Notes: generated by a model not told the origin, from the letters alone. Positions 37,837 through 46,471 are shown, counted from the stretch's first letter. The stretch: DNA of 64,000 nucleotides from an uncultured Bacteroides sp. (GCA_963931635.1 OZ007034.1:201883-265882), one strand, 5' to 3'. Translations and numbers: made by a program.

Positions 37837-39321
37837 ATGAAACGCTACCTTCTCGCACTCCTGCTCCTGGGAGGTTGGGCCGCAGGTGCCACGGCCAAAA
37901 CATATCCTTACCCGTCGCCACTGCGCATGACCGTCATAGAGTCGGTGGCCTACGAAGTGTATAAATCGCAAATCGACTCGATTGTAAATATTGTGGGGCC
38001 GAAAGAGATTGACCTGCTATGGGCGAAAACGCCTTCAAACAAGGAAGCCGACCTGGCCCGCTACATCACCCTGCGCGAACGGCGCAAATGCACCTACGAC
38101 TTCATCTACCCCAGAAACGACGAGAAGCGCCTGGCAGCCCGGCAAAAAATCGACACACAATTCCAAGACTCCATCGATGCCATTCTCATGCTCTATCCCG
38201 GCATGACGGGACGTTACACCCAACACCTGCTGCTATCGCCCCGCGGCGAACTGTGCAGCAAGGCACAATACGACAGCCTCGTCGTCAAGGGGCTGGCCAT
38301 GTACCGGAAGAAGCTGGCCAATCCGGCCATTGACCTGCACAACGACGATATAGCCGCATTGCAATCGACACTCTCCGACTATGAGTTGCACGAACTTATC
38401 CGCTTTGCCTGCCTGAAACCGGCCTATAAGCAAACGCAGGAAATATGGAGAATCCTCGACAAAAACGATCTCACACAATACTACGACTTCGAGCGGGCCT
38501 ATCCCGAGCTATACCATTTCGTGCAGAAAGAGACCGTCGCGAAAGAACTTTACAAGAACAACCCCCAACGGTTGATGCAAGCCTTCAACTCTTTGCAAAA
38601 GGAGATGCCCGACACCTACCGCGCATACCTCCTATTGATGATGCAACATAAAGGCAATTTAATAGATTCTAATCAGTTGTACACGATAGTGAACGGGAAA
38701 ATCATCGCAAGACCGGAATATATAGATACCTTGTCGGGCAGTGAAAAGGCTCGCGGGTATGGTGAATATCGACTCATGTGTCGTGAAGTCGACACTTTCA
38801 GTGTTGTGGAATTATATAAATATGCACATTCGCCCAAGACAATAGAGTATATAGAAAAAAATCCGGGGAAATTTGAGGAAGACGGCGGTGATATACAAAT
38901 AATATCGATAACGAACCGACGCTGTAAAAAAACAGTGCATATAGAGTATTTCGACGGTTGGGCAAAGTCGCATCGGGAATCAATAGAAAGTTATCCGACC
39001 GAAGAGGATTGTTACTTTGTAACGATTCCCGTATCTCCTACCAGTGTGGCATATCTTTTCTTTTCATGCTCTTATGAACAATTTGGATACGTAACGGTGG
39101 TACTATCCACGGACAAAGACATCGCTATCGTGTACCAAAAGCGGAGTATAGTAAGCGCAATGACGAAGAATTCTGCGGGTCAATACGACAGGATTCCCTT
39201 ATATGTAACAAAACCCCTCAGCGAATATACAGACCCAAATTCGGGAAATATAGAGTATTACGAAGATGCCATAGTGGTAGAAGACGGCAAGCTGGTGTAT
39301 AAACGCAATGCCGAGCCATAG
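37837..39321 (+). CDS. Secreted chimeric hypothetical protein: N-module (paralog of 43056-44000) fused to C-module (paralog of 40042-40761)
   Basis: The signal peptide is MKRYLLALLLLGGWAAGATA. Residues ~20-290 align with the 43056 gene product (PSPL.MT.IE..(A/P)YE(V/M)Y(K/Q)S(Q/E)IDS..., RER RKC.YD(F/Y)IYP). From LYTIVNGKIIARPEY onward it is near-identical to the 40042 gene product. Confidence 0.7.
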   Translation: MKRYLLALLLLGGWAAGATAKTYPYPSPLRMTVIESVAYEVYKSQIDSIVNIVGPKEIDLLWAKTPSNKEADLARYITLRERRKCTYDFIYPRNDEKRLAARQKIDTQFQDSIDAILMLYPGMTGRYTQHLLLSPRGELCSKAQYDSLVVKGLAMYRKKLANPAIDLHNDDIAALQSTLSDYELHELIRFACLKPAYKQTQEIWRILDKNDLTQYYDFERAYPELYHFVQKETVAKELYKNNPQRLMQAFNSLQKEMPDTYRAYLLLMMQHKGNLIDSNQLYTIVNGKIIARPEYIDTLSGSEKARGYGEYRLMCREVDTFSVVELYKYAHSPKTIEYIEKNPGKFEEDGGDIQIISITNRRCKKTVHIEYFDGWAKSHRESIESYPTEEDCYFVTIPVSPTSVAYLFFSCSYEQFGYVTVVLSTDKDIAIVYQKRSIVSAMTKNSAGQYDRIPLYVTKPLSEYTDPNSGNIEYYEDAIVVEDGKLVYKRNAEP

Positions 39322-39402
39322 AGAGAGTATTCTCATAGCAAAAGAAAAGTTTGTGAAACATGTCAAAGATGCATGTGGTAAACCGATAAAAAAGAACGTG
39401 AT

Positions 39403-40029
39403 ATGAAAACACTACGGTATGCTGTGATTTTTATGGCTTTCGTTACTTGCTTCACCGCCAAAGGCCAAGACCGCATTGTGGAGCGCAACGGGCAAGTCAT
39501 CATTCTGCAAGAAGGGACAAAGACAGATAGATCCATAATCGGCCGTTATATCTACTGCAACAATGTCGACACGGCCTACGCCTTGATCGTGGGGCATTTC
39601 TATACGACCGAAGAAGTGGAGAGAGCCTTTGGAAAACCGCAGAAAATCAAAGATAACATTTCATACGAAAATGGCTTTGCCTTCGACGGTAATATATCTT
39701 ATACCTATGACGATTTATATCTGTCGGTGGATTGCCAAAGCGGACTCTGTGAATTTAGGATTAGGAGAGAAAATACCTCATTTTATGAATATGGCCGAAT
39801 CGTAAAAATCGGTGACAATATAAGCGTATTGGCCGATGACCCCCATTTTCAACCCAGGGTGGTAGAGCAATCGGAGATATTCATCGATGAAAAAACGGGA
39901 AAGAAGAGTATCGGCATCGCCACCAACTCCACCGGCGATGATGACTGGGTATATTATACATTTGTGGTAGATACAACCGGCAGTTTCAATACAGCAGTTA
40001 GTAAAATAGGTTATATGCAATTAAATTAG
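39403..40029 (+). CDS. Secreted hypothetical protein, 208-aa family paralog 1 (signal type alpha)
   Basis: The product starts MKTLRYAVIFMAFVTCFTAKGQD... It shares the conserved core RYIY.N.VDTAYALIVGH.Y..EEV..AFG.P, and DEKTG....G......GDDDW, with four other ORFs in the window. Confidence 0.75.
   Translation: MKTLRYAVIFMAFVTCFTAKGQDRIVERNGQVIILQEGTKTDRSIIGRYIYCNNVDTAYALIVGHFYTTEEVERAFGKPQKIKDNISYENGFAFDGNISYTYDDLYLSVDCQSGLCEFRIRRENTSFYEYGRIVKIGDNISVLADDPHFQPRVVEQSEIFIDEKTGKKSIGIATNSTGDDDWVYYTFVVDTTGSFNTAVSKIGYMQLN
39488..39843 (+). repeat. Dispersed near-identical repeat, copy A (core of paralog 1)
   Basis: 356 nt match 46568-46923 with only 2 mismatches (39573, 39723). The flanks diverge sharply. 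Confidence 0.9.
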
Positions 40030-40041
40030 CCGATTACAAGA

Positions 40042-40761
40042 ATGATGAAAAGGAGAAACATAAAGTTGTGGAGTCTTGTGGTTTTGTTGATGCCTTGTCT
40101 GTGCGCCTACTCCGCCGAAGAGGAGTTGTACACAATAGCCAACGGAAAAATCATCGCAAGACCGGAATATATAGATACCTTGTCGGGCAGTGAAAAGGCT
40201 CGCGGGTATGGTGAATATCGACTCATGTGTCGTGAAGTCGACACTTTCAGTGTTGTGGAATTATATAAATATGCACATTCGCCCAAGACAATAGAGTATA
40301 TAGAAAAAAATCCGGGGAAATTTGAGGAAGACGGCGGTGATATACAAATAATATCGATAACGAACCGACGCTGTAAAAAAACAGTGCATATAGAGTATTT
40401 CGACGGTTGGGCAAAGTCGCATCGGGAATCAATAGAAAGTTATCCGACCGAAGAGGATTGTTACTTTGTAACGATTCCCGTATCTCCTACCAGTGTGGCA
40501 TATCTTTTCTTTTCATGCTCTTATGAACAATTTGGATACGTAACGGTGGTACTATCCACGGACAAAGACATCGCTATCGTGTACCAAAAGCGGAGTATAG
40601 TAAGCGCAATGACGAAGAATTCTGCGGGTCAATACGACAGGATTCCCTTATTGGTAGAGATGCCGTCAACGGAATATACGGGAAGCACAGTGCAGTGTTA
40701 CGAAGATGCCATAGTGGTAGAAGACGGCAAGCTGGTGTATAAACGCAATGCCGAGCCATAG
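40042..40761 (+). CDS. Secreted hypothetical protein (stand-alone C-module, 239 aa)
   Basis: It has its own signal peptide, MMKRRNIKLWSLVVLLMPCLCAYSA. The remainder is near-identical to the C-terminal half of 37837-39321. Confidence 0.75.
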   Translation: MMKRRNIKLWSLVVLLMPCLCAYSAEEELYTIANGKIIARPEYIDTLSGSEKARGYGEYRLMCREVDTFSVVELYKYAHSPKTIEYIEKNPGKFEEDGGDIQIISITNRRCKKTVHIEYFDGWAKSHRESIESYPTEEDCYFVTIPVSPTSVAYLFFSCSYEQFGYVTVVLSTDKDIAIVYQKRSIVSAMTKNSAGQYDRIPLLVEMPSTEYTGSTVQCYEDAIVVEDGKLVYKRNAEP

Positions 40762-41467
40762 AGAGAGTATTCTCATAGCAAAAGAAAAGTTTGTGAAACA
40801 TGTCAAAGATGCATGGTAAACCGATAAAAAAGAACGTGATATGAAAACACTACGGTATGCTGTAATTTTTATGACTTTCGTTACTTGCTTCACCGCCAAA
40901 GGCCAAGACCGCATCGTGGAGATTAACGGTCAAACCGTCGTGCTGATGGAAGGAGAAAGAACAAATATGGCCATTGACCAGCGTTATATCTACCGCAACG
41001 ATGTCGACACAGCCTACGCCTTGATCGTGGGGCATTTCTATTCCCCCGAAGAGGTGAAACGGGCTTTTGGCGAACCGCAGAAAATACAAGATGACATTTC
41101 ATACGAAAATGGCTTTGCCTTCGACGGGAGCATACACTATACTTATGACGATTTATATCTATCGTTGAATTGCCAAAGCGGACTCTGTGGATTTAGGATT
41201 AGGAGGGAGAATGTCTCATTTTACGAATATGGCCAAATCGTAAAAATCGGAGACAATATAAGCGTATTGGCCGATGACCCCAATTTCCAACCCAGGGTGG
41301 TAGAGCAATCGGAGATATTCATCGATGAAAAAACGGGAAAGAGGAGTATCGGCATCGCCATCAACTTCACCGGCGATGATGACTGGATATATTATACATT
41401 TGTGGTAGATACAACCGGCAGTTTCAATACAGCAGTTAGTAAAATAGGTTATATGCAATTGAATTGA
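40125..41467 (+). repeat. Segmental duplication, copy 2
   Basis: See copy 1. The offset is 1449 nt before the variable patch and 1440 nt after it. Confidence 0.9.
40841..41467 (+). CDS. Secreted hypothetical protein, 208-aa family paralog 2 (signal type alpha)
   Basis: It has the same signal peptide and the same C-terminal 25 aa as paralog 1 (YYTFVVDTTGSFNTAVSKIGYMQLN). The core is diverged. Confidence 0.75.
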   Translation: MKTLRYAVIFMTFVTCFTAKGQDRIVEINGQTVVLMEGERTNMAIDQRYIYRNDVDTAYALIVGHFYSPEEVKRAFGEPQKIQDDISYENGFAFDGSIHYTYDDLYLSLNCQSGLCGFRIRRENVSFYEYGQIVKIGDNISVLADDPNFQPRVVEQSEIFIDEKTGKRSIGIAINFTGDDDWIYYTFVVDTTGSFNTAVSKIGYMQLN

Positions 41468-41504
41468 TAGTCTGTAAATACCCTGTGATTAAATGAATAT
41501 TATT

Positions 41505-42128
41505 ATGAAACAGACAGGAATTATACTCGGCCTGGTCATTCTCATTTCGACACAAGCGCTATATGGCCAGTCTACAATTATGCGCGACGGGCAAGTCATC
41601 ATTCTGCAAGAAGGGAAAAGAAACATTACAACCTTAGATGGCCGATATATCTACCGCAACGATGTCGACACGGCCTACGCCTTGATCGTGGGGCATTTCT
41701 ATACAACCGAAGAAGTGGAGAGAGCCTTTGGAAAACCGCAGAAAATACAAGATGACATTTCATACGAAAATGGTGTTGCCTTCGACGGTAATATATCTTA
41801 TACCTATGACAGTCTGTTCTTGTCATTGGATTTTTATTCGGGTTTAGGCGAAATCCAGATAGAAAAAAAGAATGTGAGCCTTTGTTTTGATGGAATACCA
41901 TTAACGATAGGCGGTTCGTATAGACCTCTTGACGAAAAGTATCCCAATCCGGCTGTACGCAGGGAACCGGGAAGCAGAACGATAGATGAGAAAACCGGCA
42001 TGACAGAAATGGGGCTGATGCTGAATTTTTCAGGAGATGATGATTGGCTTATCTTGGGGTTGCTGATGCAAATGACGCCGGAAATAGATTTGCTCATCAA
42101 TAATATTCAGTATCTGCCAAACAATTGA
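41505..42128 (+). CDS. Secreted hypothetical protein, 208-aa family paralog 3 (signal type beta, divergent C-terminal half)
   Basis: The N-terminus MKQTGIILGLVILISTQALYGQSTIMRDGQVIILQEG is like paralog 5. The family core holds to about aa 110 and the sequence diverges after that. An alternative ATG is at 41493. Confidence 0.7.
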   Translation: MKQTGIILGLVILISTQALYGQSTIMRDGQVIILQEGKRNITTLDGRYIYRNDVDTAYALIVGHFYTTEEVERAFGKPQKIQDDISYENGVAFDGNISYTYDSLFLSLDFYSGLGEIQIEKKNVSLCFDGIPLTIGGSYRPLDEKYPNPAVRREPGSRTIDEKTGMTEMGLMLNFSGDDDWLILGLLMQMTPEIDLLINNIQYLPNN

Positions 42129-42207
42129 CAGATTTGCTTTCAGCTGGGGGGGACAATCCTCTGACAATCTAAAAGATGTATGGTAAACCGATAAAAAAGA
42201 ACGTGAT

Positions 42208-42846
42208 ATGAAAACATTACGGTATGCTGTGATTTTTATGGCTTTCGTTACTTGCTTCACCGCCAAAAGCCAAGACCGCATTGTGGAGCGCGACGGGCAA
42301 GTTATCATTCTGCAAGAAGGACAAAGAACAGATATGGCCATTGATAACCGGTACATCTACCGCAACGATGTCGACACGGCCTACGCCTTGATCGTGGGGC
42401 ATATATACACCTTCGAAGAGGTAGAGCAAGCCTTCGGTACACCCAATGACATACAAGGTGAAATATATGACATTCCAACCGGAACAGGCTCTTCCTTTAA
42501 AGAAGGTACACTCGTTTATGTTTATGCAGATTTTTCTTTTAGTATAAGTCATACCACGGGATTATGTAGTTTTGACATTAGATGGGAAGATATCTCATTC
42601 TATGATTATGGTAGAATAGTAAAAGCCGGTGACAATATAAGCGTATTGGCCGATGACTCTAATTTTCAAGCAGCAGTAGTAAAGCAATCAAATGTATTCA
42701 CTGATGAAAAAACGGGAAAGAGAAGTATCGGCATCGCCATCAACTCTACCGGCGATGATGACTGGGTATATTATACTTTTGGTATGGATACGATGGATGG
42801 CTTAAATATAACGATCAGCTATATGGGTTATCAGCAAATAAACTAA
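42208..42846 (+). CDS. Secreted hypothetical protein, 208-aa family paralog 4 (signal type alpha, divergent middle)
   Basis: It starts MKTLRYAVIFMAFVTCFTAKSQD... The middle segment is replaced (IQGEIYDIPTGTGSSFKEGTLVYVYADFSFSISH). The conserved leader AAAGATG(T/C)ATGGTAAACCGATAAAAAAGAACGTGAT precedes the ATG. Confidence 0.75.
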   Translation: MKTLRYAVIFMAFVTCFTAKSQDRIVERDGQVIILQEGQRTDMAIDNRYIYRNDVDTAYALIVGHIYTFEEVEQAFGTPNDIQGEIYDIPTGTGSSFKEGTLVYVYADFSFSISHTTGLCSFDIRWEDISFYDYGRIVKAGDNISVLADDSNFQAAVVKQSNVFTDEKTGKRSIGIAINSTGDDDWVYYTFGMDTMDGLNITISYMGYQQIN

Positions 42847-42968
42847 ACCCGCCCATTTGACTCTCTCCAACACCTCTCATACAAAAAGATGTTATGAAAC
42901 GATTGATGACATCTAATCCATAAAAAAGGGCTTGATACCCATCTCCAAAAATTTTCCAACTTCAAAAA

Positions 42969-43010
42969 AATAAAGTGATTTTATAAAAAATCGCTTTATT
43001 TTTTGTTTTT
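42969..43010 (+). terminator. Rho-independent terminator closing the upstream paralog array
   Basis: A 12-bp stem AATAAAGTGATT / AATCGCTTTATT (one G.U) with an 8-nt loop is followed by TTTTGTTTTT. Confidence 0.6.
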
Positions 43011-43055
43011 ATCGTTATTATATATAAATTGCAAAAACTTATAATTTATTATAAT

Positions 43056-44000
43056 ATGAAACGATTTTTTATTTCCATTCTGCTCTTGAGTGGCTGGACG
43101 GTGAGCATACACGCTCAATACCGCCCCTCGCCCCTAAACATGACCTTTATCGAGAAAATTCCCTACGAAATGTACCAGTCTGAGATTGATTCTTTGGTAA
43201 AAATTGAAGGGCGCGAAAAGTATGACGCGATACGCAACGGGTATGACATTCCCCGTAAGAAACTGGTCGACTTGGCTCGGTATGTGGCTTGGAGGGAAAG
43301 GCGTAAATGTGCCTATGACTATATCTATCCCGACGATACCGAGAAACGCCTTGCTGCTCAACAAAAGGTCGACATGCAGTTTCAAGATTCCATCGACGCT
43401 GTTTTGTTCACTAGCCGTAATTTTTCTGACTTGTATTCCAGCCGAATATTGAGAATGACACCTCGCGGCAAATTTTTCAGTGCAGAACAATACGACAGCC
43501 TCATGAACCGTGCATTGGTCATGTTCCGGAAAAAAGTTGCCAATCCCGACATCGACTTGTACGATGACGACATTGCCGCTCTGCAATCGGTTTTCTCCGA
43601 CAGAGACGTCCGGCGTTACATCTGCCTGTTCAACAATACCGAGATAAATAAGCAGCTCAACAAGGTATGGAGAAAGATAAAAGACTATGACCTCACGCAA
43701 CGTTACGATAGTGCCCGGGCATGTGCTCAGATATATCACTACTTGCAGAAAGAAATGACGGTCAATGTCATATTCAAAAACAAACCTCAGTTACAAAAAC
43801 AGGCTATCAGGGCCTTGGCTCCTGAAAGGCCGGAGGCTTACCGAATGTACAAATCGCTGGTACTGCGCGAAGACATAGAAGGGAAAAAGCAAAAAGCTCT
43901 GAATAAGCAAAACGGAAACGAAAAGCCCAAAGCAAAGAAGGGCGAAAACCCCAACAAACAAAAGAACAACGATAAACCGAACGACAAACTGATGTTTTAA
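43056..44000 (+). CDS. Secreted hypothetical protein (stand-alone N-module, 314 aa, Lys/Asn-rich tail)
   Basis: The signal peptide is MKRFFISILLLSGWTVSIHA. It is collinear with the first ~290 aa of 37837-39321. The tail is KKQKALNKQNGNEKPKAKKGENPNKQKNNDKPNDKLMF. Confidence 0.7.
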   Translation: MKRFFISILLLSGWTVSIHAQYRPSPLNMTFIEKIPYEMYQSEIDSLVKIEGREKYDAIRNGYDIPRKKLVDLARYVAWRERRKCAYDYIYPDDTEKRLAAQQKVDMQFQDSIDAVLFTSRNFSDLYSSRILRMTPRGKFFSAEQYDSLMNRALVMFRKKVANPDIDLYDDDIAALQSVFSDRDVRRYICLFNNTEINKQLNKVWRKIKDYDLTQRYDSARACAQIYHYLQKEMTVNVIFKNKPQLQKQAIRALAPERPEAYRMYKSLVLREDIEGKKQKALNKQNGNEKPKAKKGENPNKQKNNDKPNDKLMF

Positions 44001-44012
44001 TTAATTTTTACC

Positions 44013-45395
44013 ATGAAAAAACATATTTGCATTATTGGATTGGCCCTCCTCTTTATGGGTGTATGGTGTGTTACGATGCGTGCTGAAGCTCCGGACAGTG
44101 TTAGATATGCCATTTCCCTGCTCACCGGAAGCTATGGCCGCATCGATACTTTACGTGCTGTACAGGTCTTGCAGCAGTGTGCCGACAATAACGACGCGCA
44201 AGCCATGAACGCTCTTGGCATCCTTTATCTGAAAGGTGCCGGCGTTGAGAAGAGTACTGATACTGGTCTTGCCTGGCTCGAATCGGCCGGCAGAAACGGC
44301 TATCCGATGGCCTATGTAAATATTGCCACGGCCTACCATTACGGACAATATGGTTTACCCCAAGATTTCGAAACCGCCTACAACTATTATCTCTCGGCCC
44401 TTCGTGCCGGAGACAGGAGCGCCTGCTATCTGATAGGATATATGCTCTACAAGGGTCTCGGATGCGAACAAAATTATGCCGAAGCTGCAACCTACTTCAG
44501 TCAAGGAGCTAAAACGGGGCACGAACCGTGCATGTATATGTTGGGCTTGTGTTACCGCAACGGTTACGGCGTGGAACGTAATGAGGAGTATGCTCAACTG
44601 TGGCTCAGCGCAGCGGCCGACTTGAATTATTCCTATGCCGTGCAGGAACTGCTCACCGACTCGCCCGAGTATGTGTTGGAGAATAAGGGTGAAGCTGCCC
44701 AATTTGAAGGCGATATACCCGAGCGATATATCCATGTATCACCCGCACAAAGCGACGCAACCCTCGATGGGAAATATTCCGGCACACTCGTCGTTTATGA
44801 TTGGAGCGGAGAATATATCCTCTCCCAAAAAGACTTGGAGATAGAACTTTCGACCGTAGGCGGACTGTCGGGCTTATGGATTGAAAATGGCGACACCGTG
44901 AAGTTGTCGGGCTGCTACAACGACGGGGTTATCGTTTTTGACGACACCAAGCAAAAGCGGCGCGACCATTATACCCCCCGAGGCATGTGGTATGTATTCG
45001 ATACCGCACGCGTAGCCCTTACCGGCAACATGCTGGTGGGTAACATTGCCATGCACTCTCTCAAAGAGCGGGAACCCGAACGACCCATCTATTTCTATAC
45101 CCAACGCACCACCGGGGACCTTGCGACCAATGAAAACCAAATATATTCTTATCCTAACCCCTTCGCCACTCAATTTAATGCCCATTTTGAACTGGACAAC
45201 GCCTGCGAAGCATACCTGGGTATTTATTCCGTTACGGGAGTCAATGCCTACTTCTCCCGCTTGGGAACATTGCAACCCGGAGCTCACACGATTGCCGTAT
45301 CGCCTCAAATACCCGACGGCACCTACCTGTTGAAAGTTTTCGCCGGAGAAAAAACATTGGAAACGGTCATCATCAAGAAAGGGGGTGAATTATGA
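44013..45395 (+). CDS. Sel1-like repeat protein with T9SS C-terminal sorting domain
   Basis: It has a signal peptide and at least four Sel1-type repeats (AQAMNALGILYLKGAGVEKS..., GYPMAYVNIATAYHYGQ..., ACYLIGYMLYKGLGCEQN..., EPCMYMLGLCYRNGYGVERN...). The C-terminus YSYPNPFATQFNAHFEL...GTYLLKVFAGEKTLETVIIKK fits the Por_Secre_tail pattern. Confidence 0.75.
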   Translation: MKKHICIIGLALLFMGVWCVTMRAEAPDSVRYAISLLTGSYGRIDTLRAVQVLQQCADNNDAQAMNALGILYLKGAGVEKSTDTGLAWLESAGRNGYPMAYVNIATAYHYGQYGLPQDFETAYNYYLSALRAGDRSACYLIGYMLYKGLGCEQNYAEAATYFSQGAKTGHEPCMYMLGLCYRNGYGVERNEEYAQLWLSAAADLNYSYAVQELLTDSPEYVLENKGEAAQFEGDIPERYIHVSPAQSDATLDGKYSGTLVVYDWSGEYILSQKDLEIELSTVGGLSGLWIENGDTVKLSGCYNDGVIVFDDTKQKRRDHYTPRGMWYVFDTARVALTGNMLVGNIAMHSLKEREPERPIYFYTQRTTGDLATNENQIYSYPNPFATQFNAHFELDNACEAYLGIYSVTGVNAYFSRLGTLQPGAHTIAVSPQIPDGTYLLKVFAGEKTLETVIIKKGGEL

Positions 45396-46471
45396 AATCG
45401 TTTTTTTTAAGAAACTTTTTGACGCTGTTTTTGTTCACGATAGGTGGAATGGCTACCTTGTCGGCACAGGCCAACGGAAACGAGTACGAATTTTATATAT
45501 GCGATTTTGGTATATCTCCCGTTCCTTGTGAGGAAGACGAGGAAATAGAAGTCTGCGGTTGTCAAATTTGTGGCGAACAAATCGATTGTGACGACAGAGA
45601 TGAACACAAAAGAATGCATGATCAAAAAAATGAAGATGAGAAAAGAAAAGATGAAGACCGCAAAGATTTTTGGAACGGAAATGAAGGAGGAGATCCTTGG
45701 GGGTCGGGTATAGATTTACCCGAAGTAATCGTGCGTCCGGAATATCCCAACAATGATCCGGATCTTCCCGAAATACCTAAAAACCCGAATGACCCGGAAA
45801 ATCCGGAGAATCCGGAGGAGGAGAATGAGGAAGAGAATGAGAAGGAAGATTCTGATAAAAATCCTTGCATAACAAAAATCGGCTCTTTGTTCGTTTCTAT
45901 GCCACTACCGATAATGAAGCCACAACCACCAAATGAGTGGAATTTTAATGGGTTCAACTACGGAAACACAAGAACAGATATCCATGGCAATCCTCAAAAA
46001 CACAACGGTATCGATTTTGCCGCATCGGTGGGTGCACCGGTATATGCAATATACGACGGTGTCGTCACAAGGATTGTCGATGAACAGGTAAACAGAATAA
46101 AAAAAGGCAAAAAATATGTATATCCCGACGGATATACCGGAGATGATAACGGTGCCGGAAATAGAATCTATGTAGAAACGATAGTAAATGGCGATACCAT
46201 ACGCATGGGCTATTGGCACCTACAAGAAAACACCGCTACCACAAAACCTGTGGCAGACAGCATTGAGGTCGGCACCATTGTGCATGCCGGCGATATAATA
46301 GGTTATGTGGGGCAAACAGGCAATGCCATGGGCGGTGAGCCGCATTTGCACGTGGCCACCTATAAAATTGTGAATGGGAAAGAAACATCTGTTAACCCGA
46401 AAGAATATCTTGGCATTGAATTTGAAAAAGATGCAAACGGCAATACAACAATAAAAACACCTTGTGATTAA
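45392..46471 (+). CDS. Secreted M23-family (LytM-type) metallopeptidase with Cys-rich and acidic/Pro-rich N-terminal region
   Basis: It has a signal peptide. Catalytic motifs are HNGIDF (HxxxD) and EPHLHV (HxH), with the G(Q/N)TGN loop GYVGQTGNAMG. The ATG overlaps the stop of the Sel1/T9SS gene (ATGA at 45392-45395). Confidence 0.8.
   Translation: MKSFFLRNFLTLFLFTIGGMATLSAQANGNEYEFYICDFGISPVPCEEDEEIEVCGCQICGEQIDCDDRDEHKRMHDQKNEDEKRKDEDRKDFWNGNEGGDPWGSGIDLPEVIVRPEYPNNDPDLPEIPKNPNDPENPENPEEENEEENEKEDSDKNPCITKIGSLFVSMPLPIMKPQPPNEWNFNGFNYGNTRTDIHGNPQKHNGIDFAASVGAPVYAIYDGVVTRIVDEQVNRIKKGKKYVYPDGYTGDDNGAGNRIYVETIVNGDTIRMGYWHLQENTATTKPVADSIEVGTIVHAGDIIGYVGQTGNAMGGEPHLHVATYKIVNGKETSVNPKEYLGIEFEKDANGNTTIKTPCD

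Larger units (their letters stand above)
38676..40029 (+). repeat. Segmental duplication, copy 1 (C-module + intergenic leader + 208-aa family gene)
   Basis: It aligns with 40125-41467. 38697-39202 equals 40146-40651 exactly (checked line by line) and 39258-39375 equals 40698-40815. A divergent patch and a 2-nt indel (39376-39377) separate these stretches. Confidence 0.9.

Noticed and set aside
39203-39257. Diversity-generating retroelement (template/variable repeat pair) as the source of the hypervariable patch.
   Set aside because: There is no reverse transcriptase gene in the window. The differences include a 9-nt indel and are not restricted to adenine-templated positions.
42894-42923. 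A 9-codon mini-ORF (MKRLMTSNP*) whose first 12 nt resemble the start of the N-module genes.
   Set aside because: It is too short to separate from chance. At most it is a remnant of a deleted gene start, and I have no supporting evidence.
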